This document shows positions 18,326-27,444 of a stretch of DNA of 55,354 nucleotides, piece by piece (the stretch's first letter is position 1; each line of letters opens with the position of its first letter). A program made the translations under genes and the position numbers. Origin of the DNA: Candidatus Eiseniibacteriota bacterium (GTDB taxonomy: Bacteria; Eisenbacteria; RBG-16-71-46; JABDJR01; JAWXBZ01); assembly GCA_034440375.1 (NCBI GenBank), contig JAWXBZ010000045.1, positions 1 through 55,354 of the forward strand, given 5' to 3'. The notes below the pieces were generated by a model. The model ran no database searches. It was given only the letters and a program-made list of their open reading frames with translations, and had not been told where the DNA came from.

Positions 18326-19494
18326 GACTTGGAGTATAGCGGACTGGCCGCCCGGAGTTCCAGGACTTTCCGAACCAGCAGCTCACCGACGTGCTCGATT
18401 TCGGATTCGGTGTTGAACCGCCCGATCCCGAACCGGAGGGCTCGAAAGGCCAGCGGGGTGGAAAGCCCCAGCGCCGTCAACACATGGCTTGGCTCCATGG
18501 AGGCCGAGGAACAGGCGGAGCTGGAGGACACCGCCACATCCCGGAGAGCCGCCACCAGCGATTCTCCCTCGACATTGGGCACCGAAATGTTGAGATTGCC
18601 GGGGAGGCGGTGTTCCAGGCTGCCGTTCAGGATCACGTCCTTCAAACCGCTCCGAATCATGTTCCAGAGCAGGACGCGCAGACCCTGGATCCGGCAGGCC
18701 TCCTCCGGGAGTCCGGCGCCGGCCACATGGAAGGCCGCGCCCATCCCAACGATCCCCGGGACGTTGAGCGTGCCCGATCGCATGCCGCGCTCGTGACCGC
18801 CGCCGTCGATCAGTGGGGCGATTCGGATCCTGCGGTCGCGCTGGCGGACGTAGAGGGCGCCGACGCCTTTCGGTCCGTAGACCTTGTGGGCGGTCAGTGA
18901 CGCCAGATCCACCTGCCAACGATCGACGTCAACCGGGATCTTGCCGGCGGCCTGCACGGCATCGCTGTGAAACAGGACGTCCTTTTCCCGGCAGATCCGG
19001 CCGATTTCTTCCATGGGTTGAAGGACGCCGATTTCATTGTTGGCGGCCATGATCGAAACCAGGATCGTGTCACTGCGAATGGCATACCGGAGGTGGTCGA
19101 GATCGATGAGTCCATCTGGATCAACGGGAAGAACAGTCGACTCGAAGCCTTCGGCTTCGAGCGATTTGAGGGTATCGAGCACCGCCTTGTGCTCGGTGGC
19201 GCAGCTGACGAGGTGACGCCCCTTTCCCTGGAACGCGCGGGCCGCTCCCTTCAAGGCCAGGTTGTTGCTCTCGGTGGCCCCGCTGGTAAAGACGATTTCG
19301 CGGGCCGCCCCGCCGATCAGCCGGGCCACCTGATTTCGCCCGGTCTCAACCGCCTCCGCCGCCTGCCACCCGTAGAGATGGCTCGAGCTGGCGGCGTTGC
19401 CAAACTCCTCGGTGAGATAGGGCATCATCGCGGCCAGGACGGCCGGATCAATCCGCGTCGTGGCGTTGTTGTCGAGGTAAATCGGGCGTTTCAT
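18322..19494 (-). CDS. iscS: Cysteine desulfurase, group I
   Basis: IYLDNNATT, FTSGATESNN, EHKAV, AHKVYGPKG, RSGT and SSSSACSS..PSHVL. An alternative start lies at 19566. Confidence 0.93.
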   Translation of the reverse strand: MKRPIYLDNNATTRIDPAVLAAMMPYLTEEFGNAASSSHLYGWQAAEAVETGRNQVARLIGGAAREIVFTSGATESNNLALKGAARAFQGKGRHLVSCATEHKAVLDTLKSLEAEGFESTVLPVDPDGLIDLDHLRYAIRSDTILVSIMAANNEIGVLQPMEEIGRICREKDVLFHSDAVQAAGKIPVDVDRWQVDLASLTAHKVYGPKGVGALYVRQRDRRIRIAPLIDGGGHERGMRSGTLNVPGIVGMGAAFHVAGAGLPEEACRIQGLRVLLWNMIRSGLKDVILNGSLEHRLPGNLNISVPNVEGESLVAALRDVAVSSSSACSSASMEPSHVLTALGLSTPLAFRALRFGIGRFNTESEIEHVGELLVRKVLELRAASPLYSKS

Positions 19495-19575
19495 GGACCC
19501 CGAGAGTAGCCTCGGGGCCGCCTCGTGGGCAAGTGCCGGGCCAGACTCCGAAGTGGTGCCCACCATGGGCGAGGC

Positions 19576-20493
19576 CTAGTTCAGGGTGAATCGAATCGGC
19601 ATCGCAACCCATACTGCCACCGGCCGCCCATTCCAGAGAGCCGGCTTGAATCGCGCCGTCGTCGCGGCCGCCACGGCCGCATCGTCCAGCCCCGGGATTG
19701 ATCGCACCAGCCGTGATTTTCGCACCCCGCCATCCCGTGTTACCAGGACGAGCAGTTCGACCACTCCCTCGAGCTCACTCTGGCGTGCCATTTCCGGGTA
19801 CAGAGGCTCCGTCATCCAGACAAGCTCCGGAAGCTGGTCGACGGTGATGAACTCTCCCGGGTCGGGTTCATCGAGCGGGTTTTGTCCGAAGTAGAGGCCC
19901 ACTCTCGAGCCAACCGGTCCACCCCGGTCCTCGCCGTCGCCCTCGGTGCCGAAGGGATCACCGAAAGGGCTGCCGAATTGGTTGGCGTAGGCAGCGAGCA
20001 CCATCTCGGACGAGTCCATCAACGCCAGATGCTGATCAACCGGCGAAGGAACGGCGTTTCTTGGGTCCGGCAGGAGGAGGGGGGCTGGCCTGGCCTTGGG
20101 GGCTGCGGTGACCACCGGCGTTGGATCCCTCAACGGGAATTCGCACTCGATGATGATCGGACTCAGCTCGAGGTTTTTCGGGTGGTCCTGTGCCAGAAGC
20201 ACCACGCCAAGCAACGCCAGGCCCAGGTGGATCGCACCGGCGGAGCCAACGCCACGCATCATGGCGCCCGGGTAGGATTCGATCAACTGACGGGAGCCGT
20301 AGGCACCGGATGCCGGTTCGAGCCGATCCGGAATCGCCGCCCAGCCCTGGGTGACTGGCGTGAGACGAGTCCAGGCGCGCCAGCAGCCAATGGCAAGCGC
20401 CGTGACTGTGAGTGCCGCCATGATGAATACCAGCCGCTCAAGGGATTGGATTCCGGCGCTGAGTGCCAGGCGAGCCCAGATGAAGTCGGACAT
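19576..20493 (-). CDS. tonB: TonB-family energy transducer (paralog 2)
   Basis: TM segment with His (SAGAIH); C-terminal PLYPEMARQSELEGVV...LDDAAV..FKPA..GRPV..IRFTL. Confidence 0.85.
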   Translation of the reverse strand: MSDFIWARLALSAGIQSLERLVFIMAALTVTALAIGCWRAWTRLTPVTQGWAAIPDRLEPASGAYGSRQLIESYPGAMMRGVGSAGAIHLGLALLGVVLLAQDHPKNLELSPIIIECEFPLRDPTPVVTAAPKARPAPLLLPDPRNAVPSPVDQHLALMDSSEMVLAAYANQFGSPFGDPFGTEGDGEDRGGPVGSRVGLYFGQNPLDEPDPGEFITVDQLPELVWMTEPLYPEMARQSELEGVVELLVLVTRDGGVRKSRLVRSIPGLDDAAVAAATTARFKPALWNGRPVAVWVAMPIRFTLN

Positions 20494-20650
20494 ACGGCCA
20501 CCTCCGGTGTGGCGCCCGGTCGGCGAATCGGGTGATCGGCCGGTCCGGGTGCGTCGCTATCCGAGAGGGGGAGATATCCGATGAGGGGTGGCCCTGCTGA
20601 AACAGTATCGAGAACCTTCCCGGATCCGGCAAGGTCGGATCCCGAACATT

Positions 20651-21583
20651 CTAACTTTCGCGGAGACTGAAGCGGATCGGAATGGACACCCAGACGGCCA
20701 CGGGCTTCTTCTGCCAGAGTGCCGGCTTGAAGGAAGCCGCTTGAGCCGCCGCCTTGGCGGAGTCATCCAGCATCTGGATCGACTGTTCGACCCTGATGTT
20801 CTTGACCTTGCCATCCTTGCCGACAAGGACCAGAAGCTTGACCACCCCCTCCACCTGGGCCTCACGGGCCAGCTGTGGGTATTCCGGTTCGGGAATCGTG
20901 ATCAATTCGGGGAGCTGCTCGACCGGCTGGAAATCGCCCGGGGCCAGCTCGCCACCGTCACTCACCGCCACGTCGCCACCGCCGAATGTACCACCACCGC
21001 CGCCGCCCCAGATGCTTCCTTCGCCCTCACCACCTTCGAACATGGGGCCCAGATCGCCGAGCTCATCCTGCGAGAGAATGGTCGTATTCTTCGGCGCCGT
21101 GGCGTCCGGCACCGGAATCGGGATGGCTGCCGACGGGGGTGGCGGGGGCGGGGGACCGAGCACCGCCTGGTTGGGCGCCTGCTTCTGGCTGAGCGAGGGG
21201 GGTGCCCCCAGGTCGGCGTAGTTGACGACGCGCGCCTGCTGTGCCACGGGTTCACGGGTCAGAAAATTGGCGATGAGCACGCCGCCGCCGATCAGCACCG
21301 CATGGAAGAGAATCGCCCCGGTCACGCCCCGCGTCATGAAGCCCTGGTAGGCACTCTTGAGTACGGGCGCACCGTAGGGAGCCACATCTCCGGTCGGCAG
21401 GTCCTCGGGAATCGGAACCCAGGTCATGTCACCATCGCCGCCGATCTGACTTGGAGTGGCCAGCCGGGTGAAGTAGGACATGATGGTGGCGATGCTGAAG
21501 AGGCCGACCACCGACCAGGCAACCACCGTCAGGATGTCGAGCTGGGCCAGCATCATGAACTTGGCCCACACAAAGCTGCTCAT
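20651..21583 (-). CDS. tonB: TonB-family energy transducer (paralog 1)
   Basis: YGAPVLKSAY before the TM segment (AILFH); poly-Pro linker; PEYPQLAREAQVEGVV...FKPA..IRFSL. Confidence 0.88.
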   Translation of the reverse strand: MSSFVWAKFMMLAQLDILTVVAWSVVGLFSIATIMSYFTRLATPSQIGGDGDMTWVPIPEDLPTGDVAPYGAPVLKSAYQGFMTRGVTGAILFHAVLIGGGVLIANFLTREPVAQQARVVNYADLGAPPSLSQKQAPNQAVLGPPPPPPPSAAIPIPVPDATAPKNTTILSQDELGDLGPMFEGGEGEGSIWGGGGGGTFGGGDVAVSDGGELAPGDFQPVEQLPELITIPEPEYPQLAREAQVEGVVKLLVLVGKDGKVKNIRVEQSIQMLDDSAKAAAQAASFKPALWQKKPVAVWVSIPIRFSLRES

Positions 21584-22089
21584 AGCGGCACCGCCTTCCG
21601 GTCCGTGTCATCCAGAGGCACGAGGCTGAATTTATCGATCTCGGCCAGCCCCAGCTCGTCGGTGATTCGCACCATCGTGTTGTAGGTCGCCAGCCGGTCA
21701 ATCTTGATGAGGACGATCAGCTCGTCTTCCGGGAGGAGATTCTTCTCCCGCTCGAGGGTGGCGGGAATCTGGGCGAACTGGATTTCCGCAGGCGCCGTGG
21801 CCCCGCGATGCCAGAAAACACGCGCATCATCGCCGACCGGTCCCGGAAAGATGCGCAGGGTCATGATCTTGGATTCGGCTATCTGTGTCGGCGGCGTGTT
21901 GTCCGGCGGGAGCGACAGCTCCATGGCCTGGGGCGTGCGAAACACCGTGGTCACCATGTAGAAGATCAGGAGGAGGAAGGCGACATCGACCATCGGGGTC
22001 ATGTCGATTCGGACGGCGACTCTCTTGGCCTTTTTCCTGCCGCCCTTCTTGGTGGTTCTTCGCTCGCCGCCACCGACGTCAGCGCCCAT
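21580..22089 (-). CDS. exbD: ExbD/TolR biopolymer transport protein
   Basis: IDMTPMVDVAFLLLIFYMVTT motif. Confidence 0.92.
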   Translation of the reverse strand: MGADVGGGERRTTKKGGRKKAKRVAVRIDMTPMVDVAFLLLIFYMVTTVFRTPQAMELSLPPDNTPPTQIAESKIMTLRIFPGPVGDDARVFWHRGATAPAEIQFAQIPATLEREKNLLPEDELIVLIKIDRLATYNTMVRITDELGLAEIDKFSLVPLDDTDRKAVPL

Positions 22090-22103
22090 GGATCCTCACC
22101 CCC

Positions 22104-22562
22104 TCAGTGCGATCCGCCACCGCGACTGGTCTTGGCCATGTCGGTGACGAGGTTGAAGTTGGTAGCCTTGACTTCCTGGAGCTGCTTCATGATGTCCTCG
22201 ATCGTGCCGTAAGGGGCGTCCTTGTCCCCCTTCAGTGCGATGCGGAACCCCGGGTTCTTGATGCGCCACCCCTTGACGCTGGCGCCGAGTTCCATGACCG
22301 GCACGGCCTCGGTGAAGCCTTCACCGGGAGAGACGTAAACCGCCCCGGCCTTGTCGACATAAATGGTGAGAAGATCGCTCTCCGGAATCTTGAGATTGGC
22401 GTGCGATTCCGGCAGCGTTACCGTCACCGTTTCCGGCGGTTTGAACGTCGTCGTCGACATGTAGAAGATGAGCAGGAGAAAGGCCACGTCGACCATGGCG
22501 GTCATGTCGAGCTTGACCCCAAGGCGGCCCTTCTTGATCCTAGACATGCGGATCCTCGGCAT
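22104..22562 (-). CDS. exbD: ExbD/TolR biopolymer transport protein
   Basis: LDMTAMVDVAFLLLIFYMSTT and LKGDKDAPYG motifs. Start is 22562 or 22547. Confidence 0.92.
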   Translation of the reverse strand: MPRIRMSRIKKGRLGVKLDMTAMVDVAFLLLIFYMSTTTFKPPETVTVTLPESHANLKIPESDLLTIYVDKAGAVYVSPGEGFTEAVPVMELGASVKGWRIKNPGFRIALKGDKDAPYGTIEDIMKQLQEVKATNFNLVTDMAKTSRGGGSH

Positions 22563-23262
22563 GCTCTTCGAGGAGCTGGAGCATTTCGTAGGTGGCTTCG
22601 TCCATCAGGTAGTTGAACGAGTCGACCCGGTTGACGAAGTAGTTGTAGGCCACGATGCCGCAGATGCCGACGAAGATCCCGCCGGCGGTGTTGATCAGCG
22701 CTTCGGAGATACCCATCGCCAGCTGGGCGGGGTCGGGCGCACCCTCGTGACCGGAGGCCGAGAAGGCGCGGATCATGCCGATGACGGTTCCAAGGAGGCC
22801 GACCATCGTCCCGATCGAAGCGATGGTCGAGAGCGAAATCAGGTTGCGCTCGAGCAGCGGCACTTCGAGGGCGTTGGCCTCCTCGATGGCGCGCTTGGTT
22901 TCGATGAGACGCTTCTCCGCGTTCATCTTCCCGGCCACCAGGCTGTAGCGCTCGAGGCCGGCCCGGATGACGTTGGCCAGCGATCCCTGCTGGTGATCGC
23001 ACAGGGCGATGGCCCGCTCCAAGTTCTTCTCGAGGAGGAGCTGGCGGAGCTGCTGGATGAAGGTGATCATCGAGCCGCGCCCCTGGGCCCGCTTCAGGCT
23101 GACGAATCGTTCGATGATGAACGAGACCACCAGGATCGAGAGCGTTATCAGGGCGATGACCAGTGGCCCCCCGGCGCGCACGAACTCCGGCAGCAGAAAG
23201 AAATAGATCAGGATGGAACTGCCGATCGCCATTGAGTAGATGACGAGATAAAACTGCTTCAT
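22540..23262 (-). CDS. exbB: MotA/TolQ/ExbB proton channel protein
   Basis: STIASIGTMVGLLGTVIGMIRAF and LAMGISEALINTAGG motifs. Confidence 0.93.
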   Translation of the reverse strand: MKQFYLVIYSMAIGSSILIYFFLLPEFVRAGGPLVIALITLSILVVSFIIERFVSLKRAQGRGSMITFIQQLRQLLLEKNLERAIALCDHQQGSLANVIRAGLERYSLVAGKMNAEKRLIETKRAIEEANALEVPLLERNLISLSTIASIGTMVGLLGTVIGMIRAFSASGHEGAPDPAQLAMGISEALINTAGGIFVGICGIVAYNYFVNRVDSFNYLMDEATYEMLQLLEEHAEDPHV

Positions 23263-23302
23263 GGTCGCCTTGTCCTCCCGGTAAGCCCGCCGCCCGGCGG
23301 GA

Positions 23303-23653
23303 TTAGCCCTTGGCCGCGGCGAACGACTTCAAGGCGTCGTCCACCGTGTTGTGGGCTTCGAATACCATGGCCAGCTTGGTGATGATCAGAATGTTGTTGA
23401 TCCGCTTTTCGACCCGCGCCAGCTTGACCGCCCCGCCTCGCTTGGCGTACCCGGAATGGGTGGACACCAATAGACCCAGGGCTGTCGAATTGAGGTGGTT
23501 GACGCTTCCCAGGTCGATGACCAGCTGCGTATTGCCCTTGGTGATCAGGTCATCGATCGTTTCCTTGAGCTTGCTGGTTTCGTCGCCGCCCCAAAGTGTT
23601 CCCTCGGGCGTAATCACCGCCACGGGGCCGTGCATGACCGTCTTGACTCCCAT
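23303..23653 (-). CDS. STAS-domain anti-sigma-factor antagonist
   Basis: LVIDLGSVNHLNSTALGLL..GGAVKL..ILIITKL..VF, a SpoIIAA/RsbV-like pattern; GGAGG RBS. Confidence 0.88.
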   Translation of the reverse strand: MGVKTVMHGPVAVITPEGTLWGGDETSKLKETIDDLITKGNTQLVIDLGSVNHLNSTALGLLVSTHSGYAKRGGAVKLARVEKRINNILIITKLAMVFEAHNTVDDALKSFAAAKG

Positions 23654-23676
23654 CGATCCTCCTCCGAAATCGGGCC

Positions 23677-25230
23677 TCAGCCCCCCAATGCCTTACGCAT
23701 CTGACGTACTTGATCCGATCCCGGGCAGGAGTCACCCTGATTAAGCAGGGTGATCGCCTCCGGAGTCTGATTCAACTTGACGTAACAGTTGGCCAGCGTG
23801 AGCATGGCCCGTATGTTGCACTCGTTGTAACCAAGCGCCTGCTTCAGCACCGGGACAGCGGCGGCGAAGTCGCCATCCTCCCAGAGCATGTAGCCAAGAT
23901 TTTCGCCGGCCTGCGTCCCGATCGGGCCCTTCGGACTCAGGCTCAAGACCTGCTGGAAGGCGGCTTTTGCGTTGGGGCGATCCGCTTTCTTCAGGTAAAG
24001 ATTCCCCATGGCGAGCTGAAACTCCGGGCTCGATTCATTCGATTTGATCAGGGATTTCAGCATCGTTTCCGCCTCGTCCAGCTTGTCCAGCTGGATGAGC
24101 GCCGCCGCCCGGTTGGCACCGGCGCTGACATTGCCCGGATCGACTACCAGGAGGCGGGCGTAGGCATCGGCGGCATCCTCGTACTGCTGCAGGTTCATGG
24201 CGTTGGAGCCGAGAAAGTTCAGGTATTCCTTGTTGGTGCTGTCGATCGAGACGGCTGTCCGAAAGGCCACGCCGGCGTTCGGCAGATCCTTCTTCGATTC
24301 ATAGATGCGACCCATCAGGAAAGCGTCGCGTGCGGGAATCGCGAACCCTTCGGCAGCCTCGTAGTGGGCCAGGGCCGCATCATTCTGCTTCTGGATGAGA
24401 TTGACCCGCGCCAGGGCAATGTGCGCCTGGCTGTCGTCCGGGTTGACGAGAAGGGCACGCTCGGCCGCCATGCGGGCGCCGGCCGTATCGGGCGGGGAGA
24501 GGGACATGTGGGCATAGGCCATCTTGGAGAGCGCGCGGGCGTCGGGCACCACCAGCGTATAGAGACTCAGGCTCTGGATCGCCTCGTCGAACTTCTTCCG
24601 GCCGATGGCCACGTCGGCGGTGAGACGGTAGGCGTCCCAGTTGTCCGGCTCAAGGCGGGTGATCTCGTTCAGTTCGGAGAGGGTCGCGTCATACTGCTGT
24701 GTGGCATAGAGGGCACGGGCCAGCTTCCAGCGGACGTCCACCAGCGAGGGATCGAGCTCAATGGCTCCTCGAAATCGTGTGGCGGCCAGTTCGGTGACGC
24801 CCTTCCGGAGGTAGAGATTGCCCAGGTCGACCTTATATTCCGGGACTTCCGGAGATAGCGACTCGGCGGCAATCAGCGGGTTCTGGGCCTCGTCCAGCTT
24901 GCCCGTCTCCATGAGGGCCAGGCCGTAGGCGTTCTGGGCCACCGCGTCCCGCGGATTCTTGTCCACGCCGGCCTTGGCCAGGAGCAGCACCGTCGCCCAG
25001 TCACCGGATTCCACCGCGACGGACCAGGGGCGACCCTTTTCGCGGGCGTGTACGACTTGGCGGCCATCGATCAGAACAAGGAGAAACATCGTGAGCATGA
25101 GCAACAGCAGGCCGAGCCCGGCCCATCCGAGCGGCGGCAGGCCCACGCGGGACTTGTTGTTTTCGGCCGCGACGCGATCCAGCTCCAGCACTTCGAGCCG
25201 TGAGCGGCGCACCTGGTTGATCCTGGACAT
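23677..25230 (-). CDS. Membrane-anchored multi-TPR protein
   Basis: AAGGAGG RBS before MSRINQ; one hydrophobic segment followed by repeated TPR signatures (A...LG..Y...A...F..A..LDP). Confidence 0.85.
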   Translation of the reverse strand: MSRINQVRRSRLEVLELDRVAAENNKSRVGLPPLGWAGLGLLLLMLTMFLLVLIDGRQVVHAREKGRPWSVAVESGDWATVLLLAKAGVDKNPRDAVAQNAYGLALMETGKLDEAQNPLIAAESLSPEVPEYKVDLGNLYLRKGVTELAATRFRGAIELDPSLVDVRWKLARALYATQQYDATLSELNEITRLEPDNWDAYRLTADVAIGRKKFDEAIQSLSLYTLVVPDARALSKMAYAHMSLSPPDTAGARMAAERALLVNPDDSQAHIALARVNLIQKQNDAALAHYEAAEGFAIPARDAFLMGRIYESKKDLPNAGVAFRTAVSIDSTNKEYLNFLGSNAMNLQQYEDAADAYARLLVVDPGNVSAGANRAAALIQLDKLDEAETMLKSLIKSNESSPEFQLAMGNLYLKKADRPNAKAAFQQVLSLSPKGPIGTQAGENLGYMLWEDGDFAAAVPVLKQALGYNECNIRAMLTLANCYVKLNQTPEAITLLNQGDSCPGSDQVRQMRKALGG

Positions 25231-25700
25231 CAGCCTCCTTGCGGCGCCGCACGGAGCGGCGTCCGGTGGACAGATAGAGTCGACCGTCCGTGTGACGGAA
25301 CCACGAACGACCCGGCGTTCGTGGCACCGATCAATGGGACGCGCCACGATACCCGAACGCTACTCGACCTTCAATAACCGGTTGATGGATGGCCCGATAG
25401 GAGGCAGCAACCAGATCGGTGGGGAACCGAATGGTCGTCTCGGGCCGACGCCGGGAGACTAATCACAGCCCCGTGGCATCTTTCGGTAGTTTACATGACG
25501 GTTACGCGTCCCCGCCAAGCAATTTTCCCGAATTCAGGCTCTACCCGCAACGGATCCGTTTCGTTCCAGCAGCAAACGAACCGGCCGACGCCGAAAGCCA
25601 CTACCTCCCGGCCCTCCGATCGCATAAAATGCCTCATCGTCAAAAGTTACGAACCATCGGATTCATTGATTTCGACCGATCAGCCCGGGAGTGTACCCAC

Positions 25701-27107
25701 GTGATTGTCGCGACCGTACAGGAACTGCTTGACCGGATGGGGGGGACGATCACCCTCGACGCGACCGGTTTTTTCAAGGTGACCGACCCGACACGCTTCT
25801 ACAAGGAGCAGACCGATATCCTGGCCATCAACGCTTCGGTCGGGCCAACCGCGGAAGTTCGGGACGCGGCCCGCTGGATGATCCTGGCGGCCTCGCACTA
25901 CCTCGGAAGCTTTCCGGCTTCGATTCACGAACTCTACATGGCCCGGGGGCGCGGCGAGGTTTCGGAGTCCTTTACCGTCCCGGCCATCAACATCCGCGGC
26001 ATGACCTACGACACGGCCCGGGCGGCGGTCCGCTCGGTCCAGAAACGGGACGGCGGCGCCTTCGTTTTCGAGATCGCGCGCTCCGAAATCGGCTACACGA
26101 ATCAGCGGCCGGCCGAATTTGCCAGTCAGGTAATCGCAGCGGCCGTCCGCGAGGAATTTCACGGACCGATTTTTATCCAGGGCGATCACTTCCAGATCAA
26201 CGCCAGAAAATATGCGGAGGATCCGGATGCCGAGATCCAGGCGGTGAAGGATCTGATTGCCGAGGCAATTACGGCCGGCTTCTACAATCTGGACATTGAC
26301 GCCTCGACCGTGGTCGACTACGCGAAGCCGACGCTGGCGGAGCAGCAGTCGCTGAACTCGCGGCTAACGGCGGAACTCACCGCTTACGTGCGCTCGCTTC
26401 AGCCCGAAGGGGTGACCATCTCGGTCGGTGGGGAGATCGGCGAGGTCGGTAGCCAGAACTCGACGGTGCCAGAACTCGAGGCATTCATGGACGCCTACAA
26501 CGCCCATCTTGTCTCACTCGGATCAGGTCTGACCGGTCTCTCCAAGATTTCCGTTCAATCCGGAACCCAGCATGGTGGCGTGGTCATGCCCGACGGCTCG
26601 TTGGCCGAGGTGCAAATCGACTTCGAAACGCTCGCCTCCCTCTCACGGGTGGCACGGGAGCAGTACCAGCTCGCCGGCGCCGTGCAACACGGCGCGTCGA
26701 CGTTGCCCGATGAGGCATTTGACATGTTTGCCAAAACGGGCACGGCTGAAATCCACCTGGCGACATCATTCCAAAACCTCTTTTTCGAGAGCCTCTACCT
26801 GCCGGACGAGATCAAGGAGGAGATGTACTCCTGGCTGGCCACCCATTGCGCCTCCGATCGCACGGCGGACATGACCGAAGAGATGTTCATATACCGGACC
26901 CGCAAAAAGGCGTACGGACCATTCAAGGAAGCCATCTGGGGAATCGACTGGGGAACGCGCAAGAGCCTGTCGGAGGACCTGGAGGACCGCTTTGACTTCT
27001 TCTTCGAGAAACTGGGCATTGATGGAACCCAGAGTGTCGTGCAGAAGCGGGTTCCTCATGTCCACATCCCCTCGCCCATGCCGGAGGCGCTCCGCGCTGC
27101 ATTGTGA
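25701..27107 (+). CDS. fba: Class II fructose-bisphosphate aldolase
   Basis: TVPAINIRG, FEIARSEIGYT, FIQGDHFQ, GGEIGEVG, GTQHGG and AVQHGAST motifs; GTG start after GGGAG. Confidence 0.88.
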   Translation: MIVATVQELLDRMGGTITLDATGFFKVTDPTRFYKEQTDILAINASVGPTAEVRDAARWMILAASHYLGSFPASIHELYMARGRGEVSESFTVPAINIRGMTYDTARAAVRSVQKRDGGAFVFEIARSEIGYTNQRPAEFASQVIAAAVREEFHGPIFIQGDHFQINARKYAEDPDAEIQAVKDLIAEAITAGFYNLDIDASTVVDYAKPTLAEQQSLNSRLTAELTAYVRSLQPEGVTISVGGEIGEVGSQNSTVPELEAFMDAYNAHLVSLGSGLTGLSKISVQSGTQHGGVVMPDGSLAEVQIDFETLASLSRVAREQYQLAGAVQHGASTLPDEAFDMFAKTGTAEIHLATSFQNLFFESLYLPDEIKEEMYSWLATHCASDRTADMTEEMFIYRTRKKAYGPFKEAIWGIDWGTRKSLSEDLEDRFDFFFEKLGIDGTQSVVQKRVPHVHIPSPMPEALRAAL

Positions 27108-27436
27108 TCGGGAGGGAGTGGCATGACCTGGGTCCGACCCGTGACTTTCGCCCGGGTCGCCCGCGCGGATTCGTGATCAACGGGCGCGCGGTGGCAGTTC
27201 TTCGGCTGGGCGACGACTGGCACGCGTTCTCGAATCGTTGCCCTCACAACGGCCAGCGGCTCGAGGACGGGCAGCTGACCGGCACCGTGCTCACGTGCCG
27301 CTGGCACGGCTGGCGCTTTGATGTGACGACCGGCCACTCGCCCGATGTCGCGCCCGGGGAGGAGGGTCCGCGCCTGCGACTCTACCCGGTTCGGGTGGAG
27401 GAGGGCGTGGTCTCGGTCGAAGTCGAGCGGCTCTAG
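27104..27436 (+). CDS. Rieske 2Fe-2S ferredoxin
   Basis: NRCPH...TCRWHGWRFDV (CxH..CxxH); GTGA overlap with fba. Confidence 0.9.
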   Translation: MIGREWHDLGPTRDFRPGRPRGFVINGRAVAVLRLGDDWHAFSNRCPHNGQRLEDGQLTGTVLTCRWHGWRFDVTTGHSPDVAPGEEGPRLRLYPVRVEEGVVSVEVERL

Positions 27437-27444
27437 CAACCGCC

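Noticed and set aside
25419-25700. Long N-terminal extension of the aldolase
   Set aside because: Intergenic-like composition; GTG 25701 with a GGGAG RBS is the more plausible start.
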